64,000 nt of DNA, taken from Escherichia coli. GTDB lineage: Bacteria; Pseudomonadota; Gammaproteobacteria; Enterobacterales; Enterobacteriaceae. The stretch lies in assembly GCF_003334815.1 (NCBI RefSeq), contig NZ_QOWO01000010.1, one strand, 5' to 3'. Position numbers and translations under genes: made by a program. The notes under the pieces are model-generated. The model was given only the letters and a program-made list of their open reading frames with translations, searched no databases and was not told the origin of the DNA. Positions 13,032 to 24,770 of this stretch are shown here, piece by piece; the stretch's first letter is position 1, and every line of letters starts with the position of its first letter.

Positions 13032-13979
13032 TCAGACAACTTCCTCACCGTAACGCATAGTGCTGGTACGGTTGCGCCCATCTTTCTTCGAGCGATACAG
13101 ACACGTATCGGCTTCGACCATCAATTTATTAAAGTCATCGGTCAGCGTTAGGTACGATGCGCGACCACTACCGACGCCAATACTTACCGTGAGATAAAGC
13201 GTTTTTTGTTGCCAGGTGAATGGTTGCAGTTCAACGCCTTTACGGATTTTTTCCGCCATTAGCAGACCATCGACAGGATTCACCGACGGCACTGCAACAG
13301 CAAATTCTTCGCCGCCCATTCGCGCCACCAGCCCCTTATCACCGACAATCTTCTGAATATGCCGGGCAAACACGCTTAACACTTTATCGCCACATTCATG
13401 TCCATAGTTATCGTTAATGCTTTTGAAATAGTCGATATCAAGCAGCATGACAGTCAGATGTTGTGTCTGTTTCAGCGATGGACTTTTCAGCGCCTCATAA
13501 AGACCGGACCGTGAGTAAACCTGAGTCAGAAAATCAAAGTCGGCTCGCAGCGCAACTTGCTTCATTAGCGAATTGATCGCTGCCACGCTAAAAGAAACCA
13601 TAATTGGGCATATCGCCATCGTGGCAATACCGAGACGTGCGGAGAACATTTGCGGAATGGAGAACGGCGAACCGACCGAGATATCAATCACCGAATTTGC
13701 CACCAGTACGATTTCCACCGCACCGGTGACAAAGGTCAACAGACATGTTACCTGCGGCGTATAGCGCACTGCACACCAGATTAATGCAGGCAGCGGGAAC
13801 GCCAGACTCCCCGCTCCGCCAATGACTACCGAGGCAATAACCGACACAATAAGCGCGATGGCGGGCATCATCTGTTCTGCTTTAAAGCGCGGCAGCACTC
13901 CAGGAATAGCCAACGTCAGCATACAAGGCACGATCAACACGCCCGTTGAGAATTGCTCACTGAACCAGTCCGCAAGCAA
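13032..13979 (-). CDS. dgcF: Membrane-anchored diguanylate cyclase (GGDEF domain)
   Basis: 315-aa ORF; hydrophobic N-terminus; GGEEF active-site motif (RMGGEEFAVAV) visible. Confidence 0.85.
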   Translation of the reverse strand: MLADWFSEQFSTGVLIVPCMLTLAIPGVLPRFKAEQMMPAIALIVSVIASVVIGGAGSLAFPLPALIWCAVRYTPQVTCLLTFVTGAVEIVLVANSVIDISVGSPFSIPQMFSARLGIATMAICPIMVSFSVAAINSLMKQVALRADFDFLTQVYSRSGLYEALKSPSLKQTQHLTVMLLDIDYFKSINDNYGHECGDKVLSVFARHIQKIVGDKGLVARMGGEEFAVAVPSVNPVDGLLMAEKIRKGVELQPFTWQQKTLYLTVSIGVGSGRASYLTLTDDFNKLMVEADTCLYRSKKDGRNRTSTMRYGEEVV

Positions 13980-14090
13980 AGGCCAGAAATCCAGACTATC
14001 AATACTGACCGAACCAAGATAGCATGTTCGCTGACAGCGGCGGCAAATAAAGGTACCCTGGGAATGCTATTTTGTCGTTTTCCGCAATTC

Positions 14091-14450
14091 TCATGGCTGA
14101 TTCATCTGTACAACCAGCCAGTGATAGATTACCGCCACGATATAACGTTGTTGTTCTTCGCTTAACGAAACACCCTGCGGAATGTTATGCCACTTAGCCA
14201 GACAACCGCGACAGCAGGTCGCGGTGGCGTGCTGAGCGATAAACACCGGATGCCCGCGCATGGGGGTTTGCTTACCGTCATTAGCCGGTAATGCCGGAGC
14301 AAGACGTTTAGCGACAAAATCCGCCGCATGTTGTTCGATGACTGGCGCGCCTTTCTCCAGGCAATACTGACGCTCTTTCATGCCCAGACGAAAGCGAGAG
14401 CGAAATTTTGAACGGGATAAACGCGCGAAGAGTGGATCGAGAGACTGCAT
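14091..14450 (-). CDS. yneG: Uncharacterised protein YneG
   Basis: 119-aa ORF; start codon overlaps glsB stop (TAATG). Confidence 0.8.
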   Translation of the reverse strand: MQSLDPLFARLSRSKFRSRFRLGMKERQYCLEKGAPVIEQHAADFVAKRLAPALPANDGKQTPMRGHPVFIAQHATATCCRGCLAKWHNIPQGVSLSEEQQRYIVAVIYHWLVVQMNQP

Positions 14451-15376
14451 TAATAAACCGAACGCCCTAACTGTTTCGTCAATTGTTCAAGGACGGCAAT
14501 ACCCGCAAGCGAGTTACCTGCATCATCCAGTTCCGGACTCCAGACAGCGATGGCCATTTCATGCGGAACAATCGCCACAATACCGCCACCAACGCCAGAT
14601 TTCGCCGGTAGCCCCACCCGCCAGGCAAACTCCCCCGCGTTCTGGTACATACCACTGGTCGCCATCAGCGCGTTAATTTGCCGCGCCTGCATTGGCGTCA
14701 CCACTGGTTCATCAATATGAATAGCTTTCCCCTGATTAGCCAGAAAGACAAACGTCCGGGCCAGCTCTACACAGCTCATTTTCAGAGCGCAGTAATGAAA
14801 GTAGTTTTGCAGAACGGTTGTCACGTCATGATGGAAATTGCCAAACGACTTCATCAGCCAGGCGATAGCCGCATTTCGCGCGGAATGTTCAAATTCGGAA
14901 CGCGCTACCACCGTATCGTAGGAAATATCAGACACACCGCTTAAGCCGCGCACGACTTCCAGCATACGTTGCCGTGGTGCGCTTAATCGCCCTTGCAACA
15001 TATCGCAGACCACCAGCGCACCGGCATTAATGAACGGATTACGCGGTATACCCTGCTCCATTTCCAGTTGCACTAAGGAATTGAACGGTGATCCAGACGG
15101 ATCTTTGCCGACGCGTTGCCAGATTTCCTCTTCGGAGTAATGACGCATGGCGACAACGAGACTCAGCACTTTGGAAATAGACTGAATGGAAAAACGTTCT
15201 TGCGCGTCTCCGGCCTGAAAAAGCTGTCCGTCAACGGTACAGATAGCAATCCCCAATCGGGAACCGTCTACTGTAGCCAGCGCCGGAATATAATCCGCGA
15301 CTTTACCCTGACCAATGAGCGGCCGCACTTGCCGCAAGATGTTTTCTAAAATTGCATTATCCATGGCGACTGCCAC
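14450..15376 (-). CDS. glsB: Glutaminase 2
   Basis: 308-aa ORF; recognised glutaminase sequence. Confidence 0.9.
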   Translation of the reverse strand: MAVAMDNAILENILRQVRPLIGQGKVADYIPALATVDGSRLGIAICTVDGQLFQAGDAQERFSIQSISKVLSLVVAMRHYSEEEIWQRVGKDPSGSPFNSLVQLEMEQGIPRNPFINAGALVVCDMLQGRLSAPRQRMLEVVRGLSGVSDISYDTVVARSEFEHSARNAAIAWLMKSFGNFHHDVTTVLQNYFHYCALKMSCVELARTFVFLANQGKAIHIDEPVVTPMQARQINALMATSGMYQNAGEFAWRVGLPAKSGVGGGIVAIVPHEMAIAVWSPELDDAGNSLAGIAVLEQLTKQLGRSVY

Positions 15377-15439
15377 TTTCTACTCCTGGACCGCAGGTCT
15401 GAAAAGACCTGCGAGTATATCAGAGCTGAATATGTCGCG

Positions 15440-16828
15440 TCAGATCCGGTCTTTCCACACCGTCTGGATATTACAGAATTCGTGTAAGCCGAAATGGGAA
15501 AGCTCACGACCAAAGCCACTCTTTTTCACGCCACCAAAGGCCACTCGCGCGTCGCTGGCACAATAACCATTGATAAACACCCCACCGCATTCCAGACGTG
15601 CCGCCATCTGTCTGGCCTGTGTTTCGTCAGTGGTAAAAATGGTCGCTGAAAGGCCGAACTCACTATCATTAGCCAGTTCCAGTGCATGTTCTGCATCTTT
15701 CGCAATGGTGATTGCCGCAACGGGGCCAAACATTTCTTCCCGAAACGCGGTCATTTCTGGGGTAACATTCGCCAGAACCGTTGGCGGATAGTAGTTACCT
15801 GCCCCAGCCATCTTTTCCCCGCCCAGTAACAAACGCGCACCCTGCGCCAGGGTTTTCTCCACCTGATGATGCAGCTCATCACGTAAATCAAAACGAGCCA
15901 TTGGTCCGAGAGCGTTCTCTTCGTCACGGGGATCGCCCATTTTCAAGGCTGCCGCAGCTGCCACAAAACGTTCGGTAAATGCCGAAGCAATTCCCTCTTC
16001 GATAATAAAGCGTTTTGCCGCTGCACATACCTGTCCGGTATTCTGATAACGTCCGGCTACCGCCGCTTTCACCGCCAGTTCCAGATCGGCATCGTTAAGC
16101 ACAATAAACGGATCCGAACCGCCCAGTTCCAGTACGCATTTTTTCAGTGCCGCTCCAGCCTGTGCGCCAATAGCCGCTCCCGCACGAACACTTCCGGTCA
16201 CCGTGACAGCAGCAATGCGCGAGTCTTTAATCATCTGACTGACACCGTCGTTGTCGGCATTCAGCCAGCCATATACGCCTTGTGGGATACCCGCATCTTT
16301 AAACACCTGGGCAATGAGCTGTGCACAGCCCATCACATTCGGCGCATGTTTAAGTAAGTAGCCGTTACCTGCAAGAATGATGGGAACAGCGCCACGCATC
16401 ACCTGCCATAACGGAAAATTCCACGGCATAATCGCCAGAATCGTCCCCAACGGTCGATACTCAATAACCGCCTGCTGATTTTCCACCAGCGTAGGTTCCG
16501 CCTTCAGCATTGCCGGACCATGTTCTGCATACCAGTCACACAAATTCGCCGATTTCGCCACTTCAGCGCGCGCCTGGTTGATTGGTTTGCCCATTTCGCG
16601 GGTGATCATTTGCGCCATTTCTTCGCTACGAGCGCGCAGAGCCTTACCGATATCACGCAGTTTTTCAGCACGATAATCTATATTTGTCTCGCGCCAGTCG
16701 CGAAAGCCTGCTGCCGCCAGCTGAAGTGCGTTTTCGATATCGTCAGCGCCAGCCCACGGCAGCACAGAAAGTTGTTCACCCGTGGCAGGATTTATCGAAA
16801 TTGCATGAGTTGCCGGAGTAATGGTCAT
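15440..16828 (-). CDS. sad: NAD-dependent succinate-semialdehyde dehydrogenase (ORF extends to 16852)
   Basis: Aldehyde dehydrogenase family; catalytic Cys region visible (GQVCAAAKR); recognised sequence. Confidence 0.9.
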   Translation of the reverse strand: MTITPATHAISINPATGEQLSVLPWAGADDIENALQLAAAGFRDWRETNIDYRAEKLRDIGKALRARSEEMAQMITREMGKPINQARAEVAKSANLCDWYAEHGPAMLKAEPTLVENQQAVIEYRPLGTILAIMPWNFPLWQVMRGAVPIILAGNGYLLKHAPNVMGCAQLIAQVFKDAGIPQGVYGWLNADNDGVSQMIKDSRIAAVTVTGSVRAGAAIGAQAGAALKKCVLELGGSDPFIVLNDADLELAVKAAVAGRYQNTGQVCAAAKRFIIEEGIASAFTERFVAAAAALKMGDPRDEENALGPMARFDLRDELHHQVEKTLAQGARLLLGGEKMAGAGNYYPPTVLANVTPEMTAFREEMFGPVAAITIAKDAEHALELANDSEFGLSATIFTTDETQARQMAARLECGGVFINGYCASDARVAFGGVKKSGFGRELSHFGLHEFCNIQTVWKDRI

Positions 16829-16928
16829 CGGGATATCTCCTTTATGAGTCATGGTATGAAGATACGCAGATTTACTCTTGCTTTAAAATGAATAATATTA
16901 AGCCACTTATTCACGAATCGAGAATGCT

Positions 16929-17810
16929 ATGGATCTGACCCAACTGGAGATGTTCAACGCGGTTGCCGAAGCTGGCAGCATAACCCAGGCTGCAGCAAAA
17001 GTGCATCGCGTGCCGTCGAATCTCACTACCCGTCTGCGCCAGCTGGAAACAGAACTGGGGGTTGATCTGTTTATTCGCGAGAATCAGCGTTTACGTCTCT
17101 CTCCTGCCGGGCATAACTTTTTACGCTATAGCCAACAAATTCTCGCGTTAGTGGATGAAGCGCGGAGCGTTGTCGCTGGCGATGAGCCGCAAGGTTTATT
17201 TTCTCTTGGTTCGCTGGAAAGCACCGCTGCAGTGCGCATTCCAGCCACGCTGGCGGAATTCAACCGTCGTTATCCCAAAATTCAGTTTTCACTTTCCACC
17301 GGCCCTTCCGGCACTATGCTGGATGGTGTACTGGAGGGAAAACTGAATGCGGCGTTTATTGATGGACCCATTAACCATACTGCCATCGACGGGATACCGG
17401 TATACCGCGAGGAACTGATGATCGTCACGCCACAAGGATATGCGCCAGTAACCCGTGCCAGTCAGGTTAATGGCAGTAACATTTATGCCTTCCGCGCCAA
17501 TTGTTCGTATCGTCGCCACTTCGAGAGCTGGTTTCATGCTGACGGTGCCGCTCCGGGAACTATCCATGAGATGGAGTCTTATCACGGAATGTTGGCCTGT
17601 GTGATCGCAGGAGCAGGCATTGCGCTTATTCCGCGCTCTATGCTGGAAAGTATGCCGGGGCATCACCAGGTTGAAGCGTGGCCGTTAGCTGAGCAATGGC
17701 GTTGGTTAACAACCTGGCTGGTCTGGCGTCGTGGTGCGAAAACACGTCCGCTCGAGGCATTTATTCAACTGCTGGATGTGCCTGACTCGGCAAGACAGGG
17801 ATATCAATGA
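16929..17810 (+). CDS. yneJ: LysR-type transcriptional regulator, divergent from sad
   Basis: 293-aa ORF with N-terminal HTH; divergent arrangement typical of LTTRs. Confidence 0.88.
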
Positions 17811-17887
17811 GCTATTTTTGATAGTTCTTGCGGTTAATATGCTCTATATAGTGATGTTCCGATGACTTATGACTATATGGGGCAAAT

Positions 17888-19003
17888 ATGGTTACGCCAG
17901 TAAGCATCAGCAATTACATATCTCTTCCTGATGATTTTCCCGTACGTAATATTGCACCGCAGGTAAAAGAAGTTTTAAAGGATTTTATTGATGCACTTAG
18001 TACAATAATATGTAATGAAGAGTGGCGCACGTCTTTAAACATCAACTCAGCCACAAAAAAGATATTTAATAACCTTGACAACTTATCATATATTCAGAGG
18101 ACTTCTTTTCGGGGTAACGACACGCTATACAATGAAAAGGTTCAGTTTAAACTCACTTATCCCGCCAGGAATGGAAGACACAAAGAAAATATTGAATTTC
18201 AGGTAGTAATAAATTTAAGCCCTATTTATTTAGATAATTTTCGCCATGATGGAGAAATTAATATTTTTTGCGCTCCCAACCCAAAGCCTGTCACTATGGG
18301 GCGCGTATTTCAGACCGGCGTCGAGCGTGTACTCTTTCTGTTTCTGAATGATTTTATTGAACAATTTCCAATGATCAACCCTGGTGTTCCCATCAAAAGA
18401 GCGCATACACCACATATTGAACCCCTGCCTTCGGATCACCATACCGCTGCAGATTACTTACGCCAGTTTGATTTGCTTGTCCTGAATTTTATCTCTCGCG
18501 GTAATTTTGTCATACTCCCCCGATTATGGAATAACTCTGAGGTTCACAGATGGTTCGTCAATAAAGATCCTAACTTGATCACCGCCATTCTCGACATAAC
18601 GGACAGCGAATTAAAAGAGGATTTGTTGCAAAGCCTGATGGATTCATTAGGTTCTAACAAACATGTACTACCCGAAGTCTGCATCTGCTTTTTATCCCTT
18701 TTAGCAGAACAAGAATCTCCTCATTTTCAGAACTTGTTTTTATTTTTCGCCAATATGTTATTGCACTATCACCAATTTATGAATCCCAATGAAAGTGATT
18801 TGAATGACGTGTTGATGCCAGCATCATTAAGTGATGATAAAATTATCAAACATATGGCGCGCAGGACCCTCAAACTGTTTGTAAAAAATGAAACACCGCC
18901 AAAAGTTACTCACGAAGACCTGGTGAAAAACAGGCCTCGCTCCCCTGTCAGACCACCTATACCCGCAACCGCCAAAACGCCAGACCTCCCTGAACGTCAT
19001 TAA
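17888..19003 (+). CDS. yneK: Uncharacterised protein YneK (AT-rich gene)
   Basis: 371-aa ORF; AT-rich relative to neighbours; no motif I recognise. Confidence 0.8.
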   Translation: MVTPVSISNYISLPDDFPVRNIAPQVKEVLKDFIDALSTIICNEEWRTSLNINSATKKIFNNLDNLSYIQRTSFRGNDTLYNEKVQFKLTYPARNGRHKENIEFQVVINLSPIYLDNFRHDGEINIFCAPNPKPVTMGRVFQTGVERVLFLFLNDFIEQFPMINPGVPIKRAHTPHIEPLPSDHHTAADYLRQFDLLVLNFISRGNFVILPRLWNNSEVHRWFVNKDPNLITAILDITDSELKEDLLQSLMDSLGSNKHVLPEVCICFLSLLAEQESPHFQNLFLFFANMLLHYHQFMNPNESDLNDVLMPASLSDDKIIKHMARRTLKLFVKNETPPKVTHEDLVKNRPRSPVRPPIPATAKTPDLPERH

Positions 19004-19152
19004 ACCGTGATGTTACCGACTCTCTGACGCGTGAAAGAATCAGCGTCAGAGAAACGGAAAACGCGATCCAGATCACAAATGCATTGTATTCACATCATTA
19101 ACCGTTTTAAGATCATTTCATCACTTTTTCGCAACTCACCCGATAATCTGTT

Positions 19153-20343
19153 ATGACAACAAACACTGTTTCCCGCAAAGTGGCGTGGCTACGGGTCGTT
19201 ACGCTGGCAGTCGCCGCCTTCATCTTCAACACCACCGAATTTGTCCCTGTTGGCCTGCTCTCTGACATTGCGCAAAGTTTTCACATGCAAACCGCTCAGG
19301 TCGGCATCATGTTGACCATTTACGCATGGGTAGTAGCGCTAATGTCATTGCCTTTTATGTTAATGACCAGTCAGGTTGAACGGCGCAAATTACTGATCTG
19401 CCTGTTTGTGGTGTTTATTGCCAGCCACGTACTGTCGTTTTTGTCGTGGAGCTTTACCGTTCTGGTGATCAGTCGCATTGGTGTGGCTTTTGCACATGCG
19501 ATTTTCTGGTCGATTACGGCGTCTCTGGCGATCCGTATGGCTCCGGCCGGGAAGCGAGCACAGGCATTGAGTTTAATTGCCACCGGTACAGCACTGGCGA
19601 TGGTCTTAGGTTTACCTCTCGGGCGCATTGTGGGCCAGTATTTCGGTTGGCGAATGACCTTCTTCGCGATTGGTATTGGGGCGCTTATCACCCTTTTGTG
19701 CCTGATTAAGTTACTTCCCTTACTGCCCAGTGAGCATTCCGGTTCACTGAAAAGCCTCCCGCTATTGTTCCGCCGCCCGGCATTGATGAGCATTTATTTG
19801 TTAACTGTGGTGGTTGTCACCGCCCATTACACGGCATACAGCTATATCGAGCCTTTTGTACAAAACATTGCGGGATTCAGCGCCAACTTTGCCACGGCAT
19901 TACTGTTATTACTCGGTGGTGCGGGCATTATTGGCAGCGTGATTTTCGGTAAACTGGGTAATCAGTATGCGTCTGCGTTGGTGAGTACGGCGATTGCGCT
20001 GTTGCTGGTGTGCCTGGCATTGCTGTTACCTGCGGCGAACAGTGAAATACACCTCGGGGTGCTGAGTATTTTCTGGGGGATCGCGATGATGATCATCGGG
20101 CTTGGTATGCAGGTTAAAGTGCTGGCGCTGGCACCAGATGCTACCGACGTCGCGATGGCGCTATTCTCCGGCATATTTAATATTGGAATCGGGGCGGGTG
20201 CGTTGGTAGGTAATCAGGTGAGTTTGCACTGGTCAATGTCGATGATTGGTTATGTGGGCGCGGTGCCTGCTTTTGCCGCGTTAATTTGGTCAATCATTAT
20301 ATTTCGCCGCTGGCCAGTGACACTCGAAGAACAGACGCAATAG
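19153..20343 (+). CDS. ydeA: MFS sugar efflux transporter
   Basis: 396-aa multi-TM ORF; recognised sequence. Confidence 0.88.
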
Positions 20344-20349
20344 TTGAAA

Positions 20350-20369
20350 GGCCCATTCGGGCCTTTTTT
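20350..20369. terminator. Hairpin GGCCCATTCGGGCC followed by TTTTTT between convergent ydeA and marC
   Basis: Inverted repeat plus T-run read directly; approximate coordinates. Confidence 0.6.
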
Positions 20370-21033
20370 AATGGTACGTTTTAATGATTTCCAGGATGCC
20401 GTTAATAATAAACTGCACACCCATACATACCAGCAGGAATCCCATCAGACGGGAGATCGCTTCAATGCCACCCTTGCCCACCAGCCGCATAATTGCGCCG
20501 GAGCTGCGTAGGCTTCCCCACAAAATAACCGCCACCAGGAAAAAGATCAGCGGCGGCGCAACCATCAGTACCCAATCAGCGAAGGTTGAACTCTGACGCA
20601 CTGTGGACGCCGAGCTAATAATCATCGCTATGGTTCCCGGACCGGCAGTACTTGGCATTGCCAGCGGCACAAAGGCAATATTGGCACTGGGTTCATCTTC
20701 CAGCTCTTCCGACTTGCTTTTCGCCTCCGGTGAATCAATCGCTTTCTGTTGCGGAAAGAGCATCCGAAAACCGATAAACGCGACGATTAAGCCGCCTGCA
20801 ATTCGCAGACCGGGAATCGAAATGCCAAATGTATCCATCACCAGTTGCCCGGCGTAATACGCCACCATCATGATGGCAAATACGTACACCGAGGCCATCA
20901 ACGACTGACGATTACGTTCGGCACTGTTCATGTTGCCTGCCAGGCCAAGAAATAACGCGACAGTTGTTAATGGGTTAGCTAACGGCAGCAACACCACCAG
21001 CCCCAGGCCAATTGCTTTAAACAAATCTAACAT
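20368..21033 (-). CDS. marC: MarC-family inner membrane protein
   Basis: 221-aa hydrophobic ORF divergent from marRAB. Confidence 0.9.
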   Translation of the reverse strand: MLDLFKAIGLGLVVLLPLANPLTTVALFLGLAGNMNSAERNRQSLMASVYVFAIMMVAYYAGQLVMDTFGISIPGLRIAGGLIVAFIGFRMLFPQQKAIDSPEAKSKSEELEDEPSANIAFVPLAMPSTAGPGTIAMIISSASTVRQSSTFADWVLMVAPPLIFFLVAVILWGSLRSSGAIMRLVGKGGIEAISRLMGFLLVCMGVQFIINGILEIIKTYH

Positions 21034-21145
21034 TGGTGGTTGTTATCCTGTGTATCTGGGTTATCAGCGAAAAGTATAAGGGGTAAACAAGGATAAAGTG
21101 TCACTCTTTAGCTAGCCTTGCATCGCATTGAACAAAACTTGAACC

Positions 21146-21241
21146 GATTTAGCAAAACGTGGCATCGGTCAATTCATTCATTTGACTTATACTTGCCTGG
21201 GCAATATTATCCCCTGCAACTAATTACTTGCCAGGGCAACT
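21146..21241 (+). promoter_or_regulatory. marO: marbox-like element (about 21146..21165), -35 TTGACT (about 21182..21187), -10 TATTAT, and two MarR palindromes TTGCCTGGGCAA (about 21194..21205) and TTGCCAGGGCAA (about 21228..21239)
   Basis: Motifs read directly; matches the known marRAB operator architecture. Confidence 0.8.
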
Positions 21242-21244
21242 AAT

Positions 21245-21679
21245 GTGAAAAGTACCAGCGATCTGTTCAATGAAATTATTCCATTGGGTCGCTTAATCCA
21301 TATGGTTAATCAGAAGAAAGATCGCCTGCTTAACGAGTATCTGTCTCCGCTGGATATTACCGCGGCACAGTTTAAGGTGCTCTGCTCTATCCGCTGCGCG
21401 GCGTGTATTACTCCGGTTGAACTGAAAAAGGTATTGTCGGTCGACCTGGGAGCACTGACCCGTATGCTGGATCGCCTGGTCTGTAAAGGCTGGGTGGAAA
21501 GGTTGCCGAACCCGAATGACAAGCGCGGCGTACTGGTAAAACTTACCACCGGCGGCGCGGCAATATGTGAACAATGCCATCAATTAGTTGGCCAGGACCT
21601 GCACCAAGAATTAACAAAAAACCTGACGGCGGACGAAGTGGCAACACTTGAGTATTTGCTTAAGAAAGTCCTGCCGTAA
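21245..21679 (+). CDS. marR: Multiple antibiotic resistance repressor MarR (GTG start)
   Basis: 144-aa ORF; recognised sequence. Confidence 0.95.
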
Positions 21680-21692
21680 ACAAAAAAGAGGT

Positions 21693-22082
21693 ATGACGAT
21701 GTCCAGACGCAATACTGACGCTATTACCATTCATAGCATTTTGGACTGGATCGAGGACAACCTGGAATCGCCACTGTCACTGGAGAAAGTGTCAGAGCGT
21801 TCGGGTTACTCCAAATGGCACCTGCAACGGATGTTTAAAAAAGAAACCGGTCATTCATTAGGCCAATACATCCGCAGCCGTAAGATGACGGAAATCGCGC
21901 AAAAGCTGAAGGAAAGTAACGAGCCGATACTCTATCTGGCAGAACGATATGGCTTCGAGTCGCAACAAACTCTGACCCGAACCTTCAAAAATTACTTTGA
22001 TGTTCCGCCGCATAAATACCGGATGACCAATATGCAGGGCGAATCGCGCTTTTTACATCCATTAAATCATTACAACAGCTAG
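21693..22082 (+). CDS. marA: AraC/XylS-family activator MarA (start at 21693 or 21699)
   Basis: Recognised MarA sequence; track ORF 21648..22082 includes an in-frame 5' extension overlapping marR. Confidence 0.95.
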
Positions 22083-22113
22083 TTGAAAACGTGACAACGT
22101 CACTGAGGCAATC

Positions 22114-22332
22114 ATGAAACCACTTTCATCCGCAATAGCAGCTGCGCTTATTCTCTTTTCCGCGCAGGGCGTTGCGGAACAAACCACGCAGCCAGTTGTT
22201 ACTTCTTGTGCCAATGTCGTGGTTGTTCCCCCATCGCAGGAACACCCACCGTTTGATTTAAATCACATGGGTACTGGCAGTTATAAGTCGGATGCGCTCG
22301 GCGTGCCCTATTATAATCAACACGCTATGTAG
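22114..22332 (+). CDS. marB: MarB periplasmic protein
   Basis: 72-aa ORF with signal peptide, third gene of marRAB. Confidence 0.9.
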   Translation: MKPLSSAIAAALILFSAQGVAEQTTQPVVTSCANVVVVPPSQEHPPFDLNHMGTGSYKSDALGVPYYNQHAM

Positions 22333-22341
22333 TTTGTTCTG

Positions 22342-22366
22342 GCCCCGACATCTCGGGGCTTATTAA
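22342..22366 (+). terminator. Hairpin GCCCCGA-CATC-TCGGGGC then TTATT after marB
   Basis: Inverted repeat read directly; approximate coordinates. Confidence 0.5.
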
Positions 22367-23262
22367 CTTCCCACCTTTACCGCTTTACGCCACCGCAAGC
22401 CAAATACATTGATATACAGCCCGGTCATAATGAGCACCGCACCTAAAAATTGCAGACCCGTTAAGCGTTCATCCAACAATAGTGCCGCACTTGCCAGTCC
22501 TACTACGGGCACCAGTAACGATAACGGTGCAACCCGCCAGGTTTCATAGCGTCCCAGTAACGTCCCCCAGATCCCATAACCAACAATTGTCGCCACAAAC
22601 GCCAGATACATCAGAGACAAGATGGTGGTCATATCGATAGTAACCAGACTGTGAATCATGGTTGCGGAACCATCGAGAATCAGCGAGGCAACAAAGAAGG
22701 GAATGATTGGGATTAAAGCGCTCCAGATTACCAGCGACATCACCGCCGGACGCGTTGAGTGCGACATGATCTTTTTATTGAAGATGTTGCCACACGCCCA
22801 ACTAAATGCTGCCGCCAGGGTCAACATAAAGCCGAGCATCGCCACATGCTGACCGTTCAGACTATCTTCGATTAACACCAGTACGCCAAAAATCGCTAAG
22901 GCGATCCCCGCCAATTGTTTGCCATGCAGTCGCTCCCCGAAAGTAAACGCGCCAAGCATGATAGTAAAAAACGCCTGTGCCTGTAACACCAGCGAAGCCA
23001 GTCCAGCAGGCATACCGAAGTTAATGGCACAAAAAAGAAAAGCAAACTGCGCAAAACTGATGGTTAATCCATACCCCAGCAGCAAATTCAGTGGTACTTT
23101 CGGTCGTGCGACAAAAAAGATAGCCGGAAAAGCGACCAGCATAAAGCGCAAACCGGCCAGCATCAGCGGTGGCATGTTATGAAGCCCCACTTTGATGACC
23201 ACAAAATTTAGCCCCCATACGACCACTACCAGTAGCGCCAACACCCCATCTTTTCGCGACAT
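22363..23262 (-). CDS. eamA: Cysteine / O-acetylserine exporter (DMT superfamily); ORF extends to 23283
   Basis: Multi-TM ORF; recognised sequence. Confidence 0.88.
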   Translation of the reverse strand: MSRKDGVLALLVVVVWGLNFVVIKVGLHNMPPLMLAGLRFMLVAFPAIFFVARPKVPLNLLLGYGLTISFAQFAFLFCAINFGMPAGLASLVLQAQAFFTIMLGAFTFGERLHGKQLAGIALAIFGVLVLIEDSLNGQHVAMLGFMLTLAAAFSWACGNIFNKKIMSHSTRPAVMSLVIWSALIPIIPFFVASLILDGSATMIHSLVTIDMTTILSLMYLAFVATIVGYGIWGTLLGRYETWRVAPLSLLVPVVGLASAALLLDERLTGLQFLGAVLIMTGLYINVFGLRWRKAVKVGS

Positions 23263-23456
23263 TCTACCGCCTCTGAATTTCATCTTTTGTAAGCAATCAA
23301 CTTAGCTGAATTTACTTTTCTTTAACAGTTGATTCGTTAGTCGCCGGTTACGACGGCATTAATGCGCAAATAAGTCGCTATACTTCGGATTTTTGCCATG
23401 CTATTTCTTTACATCTCTAAAACAAAACATAACGAAACGCACTGCCGGACAGACAA

Positions 23457-24644
23457 ATGAACTTATCCCTACGACGCTCTACCAGCGCCCTTCTTGCCTC
23501 GTCGTTGTTATTAACCATCGGACGCGGCGCTACGCTGCCATTTATGACCATTTACTTGAGTCGCCAGTACAGCCTGAGTGTCGATCTAATCGGTTATGCG
23601 ATGACAATTGCGCTCACTATTGGCGTCGTTTTTAGCCTCGGTTTTGGTATCCTGGCGGATAAGTTCGACAAGAAACGCTATATGTTACTGGCAATTACCG
23701 CCTTCGCCAGCGGTTTTATTGCCATTCCTTTAGTGAATAACGTGACGCTGGTTGTGCTCTTTTTTGCCCTCATTAACTGCGCCTATTCTGTTTTTGCTAC
23801 CGTGCTGAAAGCCTGGTTTGCCGACAATCTTTCGTCCACCAGCAAAACGAAAATCTTCTCAATCAACTACACCATGCTAAACATTGGCTGGACCATCGGT
23901 CCGCCGCTCGGCACGCTGTTGGTGATGCAGAGCATCAATCTGCCCTTCTGGCTGGCAGCTATCTGTTCCGCGTTTCCCATGCTTTTCATTCAAATTTGGG
24001 TAAAGCGCAGCGAGAAAATCATCGCCACGGAAACAGGCAGTGTCTGGTCGCCGAAAGTTTTATTACAAGATAAAGCACTGTTGTGGTTTACCTGCTCTGG
24101 TTTTCTGGCTTCTTTTGTAAGCGGCGCATTTGCTTCATGCATTTCACAATATGTGATGGTGATTGCTGATGGGGATTTTGCCGAAAAGGTGGTCGCGGTT
24201 GTTCTTCCGGTGAATGCTGCCATGGTGGTTACGTTGCAATATTCCGTGGGCCGCCGACTTAACCCGGCTAACATCCGCGCGCTGATGACAGCAGGCACCC
24301 TCTGTTTCGTCATCGGTCTGGTCGGTTTTATTTTTTCCGGCAACAGCCTGCTATTGTGGGGTATGTCAGCTGCGGTATTTACTGTCGGTGAAATCATTTA
24401 TGCGCCGGGCGAGTATATGTTGATTGACCATATTGCGCCGCCAGAAATGAAAGCCAGCTATTTTTCCGCCCAGTCTTTAGGCTGGCTTGGTGCCGCGATT
24501 AACCCATTAGTGAGTGGCGTAGTGCTAACCAGCCTGCCGCCTTCCTCGCTGTTTGTCATCTTAGCGTTGGTGATCATTGCTGCGTGGGTGCTGATGTTAA
24601 AAGGGATTCGAGCAAGACCGTGGGGGCAGCCCGCGCTTTGTTGA
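23457..24644 (+). CDS. ydeE: MFS transporter YdeE
   Basis: 395-aa multi-TM ORF; recognised sequence. Confidence 0.85.
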   Translation: MNLSLRRSTSALLASSLLLTIGRGATLPFMTIYLSRQYSLSVDLIGYAMTIALTIGVVFSLGFGILADKFDKKRYMLLAITAFASGFIAIPLVNNVTLVVLFFALINCAYSVFATVLKAWFADNLSSTSKTKIFSINYTMLNIGWTIGPPLGTLLVMQSINLPFWLAAICSAFPMLFIQIWVKRSEKIIATETGSVWSPKVLLQDKALLWFTCSGFLASFVSGAFASCISQYVMVIADGDFAEKVVAVVLPVNAAMVVTLQYSVGRRLNPANIRALMTAGTLCFVIGLVGFIFSGNSLLLWGMSAAVFTVGEIIYAPGEYMLIDHIAPPEMKASYFSAQSLGWLGAAINPLVSGVVLTSLPPSSLFVILALVIIAAWVLMLKGIRARPWGQPALC

Positions 24645-24770
24645 TTTAAGTCGAACACAATAAAGATTTAATTCAGCCTTCGTTTAGGTTACCTCTGCTA
24701 ATATCTTTCTCATTGAGATGAAAATTAAGGTAAGCGAGGAAACACACCACACCATAAACGGAGGCAAATA

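Noticed and set aside
19022-19051. Hairpin CTCTGACGC ... GCGTCAGAG after yneK as an intrinsic terminator
   Set aside because: Clear stem but followed by an A-rich rather than T-rich tract; not confidently a rho-independent terminator.
24650-24770. PhoP box upstream of mgtS
   Set aside because: Only isolated GTTTA/GATTTA half-sites with wrong spacing are visible; I could not identify a proper direct repeat, so no site is called despite the reported PhoP dependence of this gene.
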